From Malacoraja senta (Eukaryota): a DNA stretch of 64,000 bases. Location of the stretch: the NCBI GenBank assembly GCA_038087875.1, contig JAXLNO010004071.1:62001-126000 (forward strand). Reading direction: 5' to 3'. This document shows positions 1-9,988 of this stretch, piece by piece. The notes beneath the pieces are model-generated. The model did no database searches and had not been told where the DNA came from. It saw only the letters and a program-made list of their open reading frames with translations. Position 1 is the stretch's first letter; every line of letters starts with the position of its first letter. The translations under genes were made by a program, and so were the position numbers.

Positions 1-939
1 CCGTTCTAGTTTAAAGTCTCCCCAGTAGCCTTTGCAAATCTCCCCGCCAGGATATTGGTGCCCCTCGGGTTCAAGTGCAACCCGTCCTTTCTGTACAGGT
101 CACTCCTTCCCCAAAAGAAATCCCAATGATCCAGAAATTTGAATCCCTGCCCGCTGCACCAGTTCCTCAGCCACGCATTTATCCTCCACCTCACTCCATT
201 CCTACTCTCACCGTCACGTGGCACAGGTAGTAATCCTGAGATTGTTACCTTTGTAGACCTTCTCCTTAACTCTCCTCCCAACTCCCTAAATTCTCCTTTC
301 AAGACCTCTTCTCTTTTTCTACCTATGTCATTGGTACCTATATGTACCACAACCTCAGGCTCCTCTCCCTCCGATTTCAGGATATCTTGGACGCGTTCAG
401 ACACATCCCTGACCCTGGCACCAGGGAGGCAAACTACCATCCGGGTCTCCTGACTGCGTCCACAGAATCGCCTATCCGACCCCCTAACCATAGTCCCCTA
501 TTACTATAGCCCTCCTCTTCTTTTCCCTACCCTTCTGAGCAATAGGGCTGGTCTCTGTGCCGGAGGCCCGGCCGCTGTTGCTACCCGCAGGAAGGCTGTC
601 CCCCTCAACAGTACTCAAACAGGAGTACTTATTTTCAAGGTGTACAGCCACTGGAGTACTCACTAGTCCCTGCCTCTGCCCCTTGCCCTTCCTAACTGTG
701 ACCCACTTGTCTGCCTCCCGTGGTCTTGGAGTGGCCACCTCTCTATACCTCTTTTCTATGACCTCCTCACTCTCCCTGATCAGACAGAGGTCATCGAGCT
801 GCTGCTCCAGGTTCCTAACACGGTCCCTTAGGAACCCCATCTCTACGCACCTGACACAGATGTGAACGTCTGGAGGGGTATCAGACTCCATGACCTCCCA
901 CATCTGACATCCAGAACAGTAAACTGCCCTGGCCCTCAT
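1..939 (-). mobile_element. CR1 LINE ORF1 (Cys-rich finger, coiled coil, SGNH/GDSL-like esterase), frameshifted near 490
   Basis: ORFs 484..939 (CSGC...CVRC, RVRNLEQQLDDL, AIVIGD) and 6..491 (VCLPGARV, VVVHIGTND, DGLHLN) together make the typical CR1 ORF1. The element continues beyond the window start. Confidence 0.9.
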
Positions 940-1001
940 ACTCCCCCCTTACCCTGGATACAATACAAAACTGGTGGAGGAAATCAGCAGGGATCCGACT
1001 C

Positions 1002-1105
1002 CCAATCAGCTGCTTTCTCTTTGTCCTCTTCCACCAATCAGCTGCTCTCTCTTTGTCCTCTTCCACCAATCAGCTGCTTTCTCTTGGTCCTCTTCCACCA
1101 ATCAG
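1002..1105. repeat. 32-bp tandem repeat (3+ copies) in CR1 5'UTR, each with CCAAT and CAGCTG E-box
   Basis: Units of CCAATCAGCTGCT(T/C)TCTCTT(T/G)GTCCTCTTCCA start at 1002, 1034 and 1066, with a partial unit at 1098. Confidence 0.85.
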
Positions 1106-1154
1106 AGGCTTCCCCACTTATAGGAAACTTGAATGGAACGTTGCAGTTTTGGCC

Positions 1155-1766
1155 CCGCGCTGTTTAACTACTCACTACCCGGACGCTGCTCCACCTCCTG
1201 CAACGGTCCCTGGGCGTCTGGAAAGCAAAGTCCCGCGCTGTTTAACTACTCACTACCCGGACGCTGCTCCACCTCCTGCAACGGTCCCTGGGCGTCTGGA
1301 AAGCAAAGTCCCGCGCTGTTTAACTACTCACTACCCGGACGCTGCTCCACCTCCTGCAACGGTCCCTGGGCGTCTGGAAAGTAAAGCCCCGCGCTGTTTA
1401 ACTACTCACTACCCGGACGCTGCTCCACCTCCTGCAACGGTCCCTGGGCGACTGGAGAGCAAAGTCCCGCGCTGTTTAACTACTCACTACCCGGACTCTG
1501 CTCCACCTCCTGCAACGGTCCCTGGGCGTCTGGAAAGCAAAGTCCCGCGCTGTTTAACTACTCACTACCCGGACGCTGCTCCACCTCCTGCAACGGTCCC
1601 TGGGCGTCTGGAAAGCAAAGTCCCGCGCTGTTTAACTACTCACTACCCGGACGCTGCTCCACCTCCTGCAACGGTCCCTGGGCGTCTGGAAAGCAAAGTC
1701 CCGCGCTGTTTAACTACTCACTACCCGGGCGCTGCTCCACCTCCTGCAACGGTCCCTGGGCGTCTG
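1155..1766. repeat. 78-bp GC-rich tandem array, about 7.8 near-identical copies
   Basis: CCGCGCTGTTTAACTACTCACTACCCGGACGCTGCTCC... recurs every 78 bp from 1155 to 1701. This matches the 26-aa repeat in ORF 1053..1961. Confidence 0.97.
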
Positions 1767-2245
1767 TTCCCCGTTCCTACTTTCTCCCCATATCCCTTGA
1801 TTTCATTAACCCTAAGAGCTAACTCTCTCTTGAATACATTCAGTGAATTGGTCTCCACTGCCTTCTGTGGGAGAGAATTCAACAGATTCACAACTCTCTG
1901 GGTGAAAAGGTTTTTCTCCATCTCAATTATAAATGGCCTACCCATTATTCTTAAACTGTGACCCCTGATTCTGACTCCCCCAACATGGAGAATATTTTTC
2001 TTGCATCTGTCCAATCCCTTATTAGTATTCTGTTTCTATAAGAGACCCTCTCATCCTTCTGAATTCCAGTGAATATAAGCCAGTCGATTCATTCTTGTAT
2101 CATATGTCAGCTCTGCCATCCCGGTAATTAACCTGGTGAACTTTGCTGGACTCCCTCAGTAGCTAGAATGTTCTTCTTCAAACTAGATGACCAAGACTGC
2201 ACAAAATACTCCAGGTGCAGTCTCACCAGGGCCCTGTATAACTGA
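1767..2245 (-). mobile_element. CR1 ORF2 3' fragment
   Basis: The reverse strand encodes GHSLRI...KNLFTQRVVNLLNSLPQKAVE, the same C-terminus as the other CR1 copies. Confidence 0.85.
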
Positions 2246-2559
2246 ATAGACTCTGGCATCAGGTATAAGAGTTGAGAAATCAAACAAAACATTGGTTAGG
2301 CTGCACATGGAGTATTGTGTAGAGTTCTGGTCGCTCCTCTACTAACGTTACTGTGTGGGGATCACTGGTCGGCGTGGGCCGAAGGGCCTGTTTCTGCAAT
2401 GTATCTCTAAACCAAAAAGGATGTGATGGCATCCAAAATAGTGCAGAAGGGTTTAGCCTGGTTGTTGCCTGGAATAGAGGTATGTGGTTATGTGAAGAGA
2501 TTGGATAGGCTGCATTTATTCTCACTAGAATGCAGGAGTGAAATAATGAGGGCTATAGA

Positions 2560-2880
2560 TTGGGTCAGAAGGAACTGCAGATGCTGGTTTAAACAGAAGA
2601 AAGACAAAAAGCTGGAGTAACTCAGTGGGACACGCAGTATCATTGGAGAGAAGGAATGGGTGATATTTCGGGTCGAGACCTTTTCGGGTTGAGACCCTTC
2701 TTCAGGAAAGATCTACAGATGCTGTTTTACACCGAATACAGACATAAAATGCTGGAGTAACTCAGCAGGACAGGCAGCATCTTTGGAGGGAAGGAATGAG
2801 TGACGTTTCTAAACATCATCCATTCCTTCTCACCAGAAATACTGCCTGCCCTGCTCCAGCATTTTGTGTCTATCTTTAGC
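2560..2880. mobile_element. Penelope-derived pseudo-LTR fragments, partly inverted
   Basis: GCTGGAGTAACTCAG...GCAGCATC...GGGTCGAGACCCTTCTTCAG modules, the same sequence that follows the GIY-YIG fragments at 21.8 kb and 28.1 kb. Confidence 0.7.
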
Positions 2881-3324
2881 GTATAGATAGGATAGAGAGT
2901 AACTGTCTCTTTCCCGGGGCAGTGGAGACTAGAACTGGAGGTTTAAGGTGATGGGAGAGAAATGTCAAGGGGATCTGAGCAGACGTTTCTCACCGCAGTA
3001 GTTATCTGGAATGAGCTGCAGGGGAGATGGTAGAGGCAGATATAATCACAATGTCTATAAAGCATTTGGACTTTTGGTAGGAAAGTCAGGGAGGGATAAG
3101 GGCGTAATTCATGTAATTGTAGATAAACATCTCGGTCAGCATAGACAAGATTGGGCAAAATGGCCTGTTTATATGCTGCAGGATTCAGTTTATTTTAAGA
3201 TTCTTTCTGTGGTTTTCATGTTGCTATCTCTTTTAGCCAGAATAAGCACTGAAAATGGCTCAAGCAGTCTACACCAGAGAGAACACAGCATGAACCAAAG
3301 AAGTGAGATATGTAAAATAGGTTC

Positions 3325-3641
3325 TTTAGTTTAGCTCCACAGCACGGAAACAGGCCTTTCGGCCCACCGAGTCTGCACCGACCAGCGACTAACCCGCACA
3401 CCAACACTATCCTATGTACACGAGGGACAATTTGACACATGCATCAAGCCAATTAACCTACATTCCTGCACGTCTTTGGAGTGTGGGAGGAAATCGAAGA
3501 TCTCAGCGAAAATCCACGCAGGTCACGGGGAGAACGTACTAACTCCGTACAGACAGCAGCCATAGTCAGGATTGACACCGGGTCTCTGGCACTGCAAACA
3601 CTGTAAGGCAGCAACTCTACCGCTGTGCCACTGTGCCGCCC
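3325..3641 (-). mobile_element. tRNA-derived SINE (HE1/V-SINE-like), full length
   Basis: The reverse complement starts GGGCGGCACAGTGGCACAGCGGTAGAG (A box), has the conserved GGTTTCCTCCCACACTCCAAAGAC-type core, and ends in a CTAAA tail. Confidence 0.85.
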
Positions 3642-3724
3642 TTATTGGTAACTTTGTGTGATCTCATTTTGTTAGGATGCAAATTCTATGGAAACGCTTT
3701 CTCAAAGACATAGATAATGATGTA

Positions 3725-4010
3725 GAAACAACGAACTGCAGATGCTGGTTTGTACCAAAGAGAGTCACAAAGTGCTGGAGTAACTCAACGGGTCAGAGGT
3801 GTTCTACAGCATCTCTGTAGAAAAAGGATGGGTGATGCTGGGTGAAGCTTCAGGTTGGGATCCTTCTTCAGACTGATGTATCGGGTTGGGACCCTTCTTC
3901 AGACTAACCCTGCTTGAGACTGAAGTAGGGTCCCGACCCAAAGTGTCATCCAGCCTTTTTCTCCAGAGATGCTGCCGGTCTCGCTGAGTTACTTTAGCAC
4001 TTTGTGTCTA
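3725..4010. mobile_element. Foldback Penelope-derived element
   Basis: CACAAAGTGCTGGAGTAACTCA near 3767 is inverted as TGAGTTACTTTAGCACTTTGTG near 3985, with degenerate hammerhead-like cores in the middle. Confidence 0.7.
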
Positions 4011-4533
4011 AGGTTGATAATGAGTTGTTCAATCCTGATTTTTTGTGATGTTAATTTCTGCATGTTCACAGGGCAGACTGTGAGAGTAAACAGTTGAAAA
4101 ACTAGTCTAGCAGGAAATGTGTGGTATTTGAGTAAGTGTGAATGTGGGGCCTCTCCAGTGAGATGATTGGGGAACTCCCTGACAAAGGGGGATGTGGTGA
4201 ACAAGTCACCAGGAGGTCATATCAAAGCAGAAGTTAAATGTTACATTGATATTTTTAGTCTGCTCTTGATGTACTGGCATGGTGCAATCCGATTTGGACA
4301 ACTTACTGAATATTGCAGCTGAAGATGGTATAGATATATAGCATTGGAACAGGCTCTTCAGCCCACCAAGTCCACGCTGAACAGCGATCACCGTACAGTA
4401 GCAATATCCTATAGACTAGCAACAATTTATAATCTTTACCAAACCCTATTAAACTACAAACTCATCTTAGGAGTGTGGGAGGAAGCTGGAGCACCCAGGG
4501 AAAACCCACAGGTAGAATGTAAAAACTCCATAT

Positions 4534-5011
4534 AGACTGATTCCTGGGATGGCAGGACTTTCATATGAAGAAAGACTGGATAGACTTGGCTTGTACTCGC
4601 TAGAATTTAGAAGATTGAGGGGGGATCTTATAGAAACTTACAAGATTCTTAAGGGGTTGGACAGGCTAGATGCAGGAAGATTGTTCCCGATGTAGGGGAA
4701 GTCCAGAACAAGGGGTCACAGTTTAAGTATAAGAGGGAAGTCTTTTAGGACCGAGATGAGAAAATCATTTTTCACACAGAGAGTGGTGAATCTGTGGAAT
4801 TCTCTGCCACAGAATGTAGTTGAGGCCAGTTCATTGGCTATATTTAAGAGGGAGTTAGATGTGGCCCTTGTGGCTAAAGGGATCAGGGGGTATGGAGAGA
4901 AGGCAGGTACAGGATACTGAGTTGGATGATCAGCCATGATCATATTGAATGGCGGTGCAGGCTCGACGGGCCGAATGGCCTACTCCTGCACCTATTTTCT
5001 ATGTTTCTATG
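4534..5011 (+). mobile_element. 5'-truncated CR1 (ORF2 end, 3'UTR, TTCTATG tail) inserted in a - strand SINE
   Basis: Near-identical to 12465-12942. SINE sequence resumes on both sides (4325-4533, 5012-5090). Confidence 0.9.
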
Positions 5012-5535
5012 ACAGCACCCATGGTCAGGATTGAACCTGGCGGTCTCTTGAGCTGTAAGGCAGTAACTCTACCGCTGTTCCACCGTGTCACCCTTTTGTG
5101 GGGGATCATGCAGAAGCCTCCTCGTGGCGATCCACGGAACCGACGACACGATGCACTCTGAGACGCATCGGGCGACGAATTTTGTCAACATGTTGGACGA
5201 TGACAGAAGCCAACAGTGAGCTACACCTTGTCTGACACACGAGCGAATGAACCCTTGTTAGACTAATCAACTGAAGGTTACGACATAAATATGATGTGAT
5301 GCAACTAATTGAGAGTGCAGCACAGAAACAAGCCCTTTGACCCATCAAGTCCATACTAACTATTTTGGGACCTGATCTCTTTTTATCTTCCTGATATTTC
5401 CAATACCTACCCCTAGATTTTACTCTTTAATGACACACGGAGCAATAAATGGTGGCCTGTGAACCAAATAACTGCCGTGATTTCCCTTTGTGGGTGGAAT
5501 ATCTGAATATCATATTTCCAAATGTTGATCAGTAA

Positions 5536-5832
5536 GGGCGGCACGGTGGGGCAGCGATAGAGTTGCTGCCTTAAAGTGTCAGAGCCCCGGGTCCGATCCT
5601 GACTATGGGTGCTGTATGTGCGGAGTTTGTACATTTTCCCCATGACCAATGGGTTTTCGCCAAGATCTTCGGTTTCCTCCCACACTCCAAAGACGTACAG
5701 GTTTGTAGGTTAATAGGCTTGATATAAATGTAAATTGTCCTTCGTGTGTACGATAGTGTTAATGTGCGGGGATCTGTGCGGACTCGGGCTGAAGGGCCTG
5801 TTTCCACACTGTATCTCTAAACTAAACTAAAA
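5536..5832 (+). mobile_element. tRNA-derived SINE (HE1/V-SINE-like), full length
   Basis: GGGCGGCACGGTGGGGCAGCGATAGAG head, GGGTCCGATCC B box, V-like core and (CTAAA)n tail. Confidence 0.88.
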
Positions 5833-6200
5833 TAATCGAAGTAAGCTTGACATTTAGAATCATATACAGCATAGAAACAGACACTTCAGCCCAGCTTATC
5901 TATGCCAGCCAAGATGCCTCATCTACCCTTGACCCACCTATCTATATTTTAGCTTAGTTTAATTTATTATTAATGTCACGTGTACTGTTTTGCAGTGAAA
6001 ATGTTTCTTGTGTGCTATCCAGTCAGTGAAAAAACTACATTACAATGAAGCCGTTCACAATCTATAGATACAGGGTAAATGATATCATGTTTAGTGCAAT
6101 GTAAATCCAATTGGTGTTTTGCTGATTTCCCTCCAAACCTTTCCTATCCATAGAAATGTTTATTACTTGACAATAATTGTATTATTTTATTTGTGTCTAG

Positions 6201-6459
6201 GGCCTCACACACTCCTATTACTACACCCTGAACCACGGGAGTACTCATCTACCGGAATATAGTGTCGTGGGTGTTCTGGACGGTTGTGAGATACAGTATT
6301 ATGACAAAAACATGGTCATTACAGTTCCAAGACAGAAATGGATGGCGGCTGCATTTGACAGGAATTACCGGGTAACAAATACGGTCTCTGAAACTGGTTT
6401 CCATGGAATCATCAAAGGGCAAGTCGATGAATGGACGCGGAGGCAGAATGAAACAGCAA
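6201..6459 (+). CDS. MHC class I-like heavy chain, alpha1 exon (apparent 2-bp frameshift near 6215)
   Basis: Acceptor TCTAG at 6200 and phase-1 donor GTTAGT at 6460. Encodes ...YYYTLNHGSTHLPEYSVVGVLDGCEIQYYD...PRQKWM...NY...RRQNETA, with class I alpha1 spacing (W51 to Y59, Y59 to N86) and an N86 sequon. Confidence 0.9.
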
Positions 6460-7338
6460 GTTAGTTCATTCATTTCTATACATTTGGAGTGTGATCAATG
6501 TTCATAAAAAAACATCTCAAAGAAATTTCTCGCTGTGCCAGAAACCCAGGTTTGATCCTGACTACACGTTCTCCCTGTGACCACAGATATTTCCTCCAGG
6601 TGCTCCGGTTTCGTCCCATATCTTGAAAACGTGAGAGTTTGTAGGTTAATTGGGCTCTGCAAATTACTCTTGTGTGCTGAGAATGGGTGAGAAAGTGGGA
6701 TTACATAGATGTGTAGGAAGGAACTGAAGATGCTGGTTTACAGCAAAGATAGGCACAATGTGCTGGAGTAACTCAGCGGGACAGGCAGCATCTCTGGATA
6801 CAAGGAATGGATGACTTTTCAGGTCAAGACCCTTCCTCAGACAGAGTGTTTCCCCTGACTTACTCCAGCATTTTGTGTCCATTTTGGGATAACATAGAAT
6901 TAGTGTGAAAGATGATCGATGGTTGGCATGGAATTGGTGGGCCGAATGGCCCGTTTCCATGCGGAGTCACTAACCTAAGAACTGCAGATGCTGCAAATGT
7001 GAAATAAAAACCAAAAATGCCATTGTCTGATGGCTTCATTGTCAGTTTATCACCATGGAAACCTGTCATTACCTTATCAGTGATACTCCCTATGTCCAAC
7101 CATGCCTCCCACTCCTGTCTGTAACTTACACATTCTCACAATTCTGAAGCATTAATTTTGTTTCTCTTTCCATAGGTTCTGTTGAACCTGCTGTGTGTTC
7201 CAGCATTTTACAAATAATTGAAATGATGGCGGCTTTTTGAATGGTTAAAATCCCTTGCGTACCTCACCAATTGTTTTTACTTTTATTGACAAATGTTGAA
7301 AGAAAAGTAGTGTGAAATATTTAAAGGATAACCTAAAT

Positions 7339-7558
7339 GGCATTGTGGTTCAGCCGTAGTGATACTGCTGTAGTGCCAGAGACCCAGGGTTGATCCTGGC
7401 CTCAGGTGCTGTCTGTACAGAGTTTGTACGTACTCCCCGTGACCTGCGTGGGTTTTCCCCGGATGCTCCGGTTTCCTCCCACACTCCAAGCCTGTATGCC
7501 AAAGGGGATCACTGGTCACTGTGGACTCTAAGGGCTGTTTTCGTGCTATATCTCTAAA
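7339..7558 (+). mobile_element. tRNA-derived SINE copy
   Basis: Same head, core and tail as 5536-5832, with internal deletions. Confidence 0.75.
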
Positions 7559-8599
7559 TTATCTTGGGCACCAATTGTAAAGTAAGCTGTCCAAATCCGT
7601 CTGCACCACACTTGTATATCCATATAAATTGCAATTGGACACGTTTTATATTGTAAATCAATAAGTCCTATCACCATTACTGTGTTAATTCAATGACATT
7701 CGTAGTGTACCATTGAACAAAGCAGGACTAGGCGTGAGGGAACCATTGTGAGGTGGGGGGTGGGGGGGGGGGACAAAGGAGGACCTGGTGTGGGAGCCTT
7801 GATAACTTTGTCGGTGCCCTTTATGTGAAGAATCTTGACATACGTTGGGTTTACAAAACAAAGAATTTCACTGTGACTTGTCACATGTCACTATAAAGTG
7901 TCATTCATTCATGATTAATTATTTCTGAAAACATTGCTTTTTGTTACCTCTTCGGTTACACATTAAACACATTATATTATTAATCTTTAACTGGACTAAA
8001 ACAGGGTGAGGGTACAAACAGGGAACAATACGTCAAAATATTATGCACTGGGCATAATTTCTATCAATTTTCCACATCTTGCAATATTTATTATTATTTT
8101 CAAATTATATGTGAATACATGTGAATGACGTTTATTACATTATCATCTGATTCATTGAACCATGTTTATTGAATCATATTGCCTTCAAAAATATTTTTTT
8201 TATTTGCATTATTTATGGTGCACATATTATCTGCAACATTGTTATGTTTATGAGATTTATGAGCATATTGTCGGGGCTCAAGGGTGTGAACAAGAGGGAG
8301 AGATTGGGCAAGCCAGGGCTTTATTCCATGGAGCACAGGAGGCTGAGGGGTGATCATATAGTGGTGCTTAAAATCATGAGGGGAATTGATAGACTGTATG
8401 CCCAGAGCCTTTTACCCAGAGAAGGGGAATAAAATAACCAGAGGACATGGGTTTAATGTGAGAGGGGGGAAGATTTAATTGGAACTTGGGGGCGATCTTT
8501 GTGCTCAGAGAGTGGTCAGCATATGGAATGACCTGCCAGAGAATGGAGTTGCGGCAGGTACAATAACAATATTTAAAAGACACATGGACAGGGACATGC

Positions 8600-9082
8600 A
8601 TAGGTAGATAAAAGTGCTGGAGAAACTCAGCGGGTGAGGCAGCATCTACGGAGCGAAGGAAATAGGCAACGTTTCGGGCCGAAAACCCTTCTTCAGACTG
8701 ATGTGAGGGTGGGTGGGAGGGGGGGGGGGGTGGGGCGCAGGAAGAAGAAAGGAAAAGGTGGAGCCAGTGGGCTGAGGGAGAGCTGAGTAGGGGAGGAGAA
8801 AGTAAGGACTACCTGAAATTAAAGAAGGCAATGTTCATACCGTTGGGGTGCAAACTGCCCAAGCGAAATATGAGGTGCTGCTCCTCCAATTTACGGTGGT
8901 CCTCACTCTGGCCATGGAGGTGGCCGAGGGCAGAAAGGTCGGATTTGGAATGGGAGGGGGGAGTTGAAGTCCTGATCCACCGGGAGATCAGGTTGGTTGT
9001 TGCGAACCGAGCGGAGGCGTTCGGCGAAACGATCGCCAAGCCTGCGCTTGGTCTCACCGATGTAGAGCAGCTGACATCTAGA
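8600..9082 (-). mobile_element. Penelope-like element 3' end: GIY-YIG C-terminus plus pseudo-LTR with hammerhead core
   Basis: ORF 8809..9111 ends HRKLEEQHLIFRLGSLHPNGMNIAFFNFR. CTGAAGA...GAAACGTT lies on the - strand at 8667-8696. Confidence 0.85.
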
Positions 9083-9988
9083 GAGAAACGTTTTGAATGA
9101 TGTCTACCCATTGCAGGGTAAATGGGACTAGCTTAAATGGGGTATCTTGATTAGCTTGGATACGTTGGGCCAAAGGGCTTGTTTCCCTGCTGTGTGACTC
9201 TCTATGACTGCTTATAGCAAAGAGCGCTGATGCCTCACAGCTCCAGTGATCCGTGTTCAATCATCTCCAGTGCAGTCTGTGTGGAGTATAAGCATTCTCC
9301 CTGTGACAATGTTTGTTCTCCAGTTTCCTCCCACATACCAAAATGTGCTGATTTAGTAGATTAAGCCACCGCTGCAAATAGGTGGATTTGTGGCATTGAT
9401 AGAAATGAGGAAGATCCGTTTTGGGGGAAATTAGTGGTGGAATGGTTTTGTTCTCTGGGCTAGAGTGGGCTCAGGAGGCTGAAAGGCCTCTTTCTCTGTC
9501 ACATGGATTGATGGGCAGTTATTTATCCTTGAACTGCCTTCTTTCTCATTTTAGTCAACAGTGTAAAATTGAAGTAATTGTCTGGATTGAACTATTTAAC
9601 AATTGTAGATGAAAGGAAGAGCAGAGGCTGCTTTCCTCCACACACAAAGTGCTAAGGAACTCAACGGGTCAAGTGGCATCTTTGGAGAACATGGGAAGGC
9701 AGATATTCCGCGTGAGGATCCTACTTCAGACTGAAGTTGGGTCACATTAGAACATGCTTTGTACTCACACTCGCAGTCCAGTGTTAGTTTTCAAGGATTT
9801 TTTGTTATTCACAGCTTGTAGTTGTTACATATTCAGCAGAGAGAAGACGAGACAAACTAAAGCACCTGCAAAACACAACTAAAAGACCGCAGAAAGAAGC
9901 TTGAAAAGAAGGCTCTTATCTAAACAACGTACTTTCAAGAGAGAGTTAGATTTAGCTCTTAAGGCTAAAGGAATCAAGGGATATGGGG

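Noticed and set aside
1155-1766. CRISPR array
   Set aside because: The units are contiguous near-identical 78-mers with no unique spacers, there are no cas genes, and the context is eukaryotic.
1053-1961. 302-aa repeat protein ORF
   Set aside because: It is a stop-free frame through the 78-bp array plus antisense CR1 sequence, with no independent coding evidence.
5536-5610. tRNA gene
   Set aside because: The A/B boxes belong to SINE heads that continue into the SINE core and LINE-derived tail; no complete cloverleaf is present.
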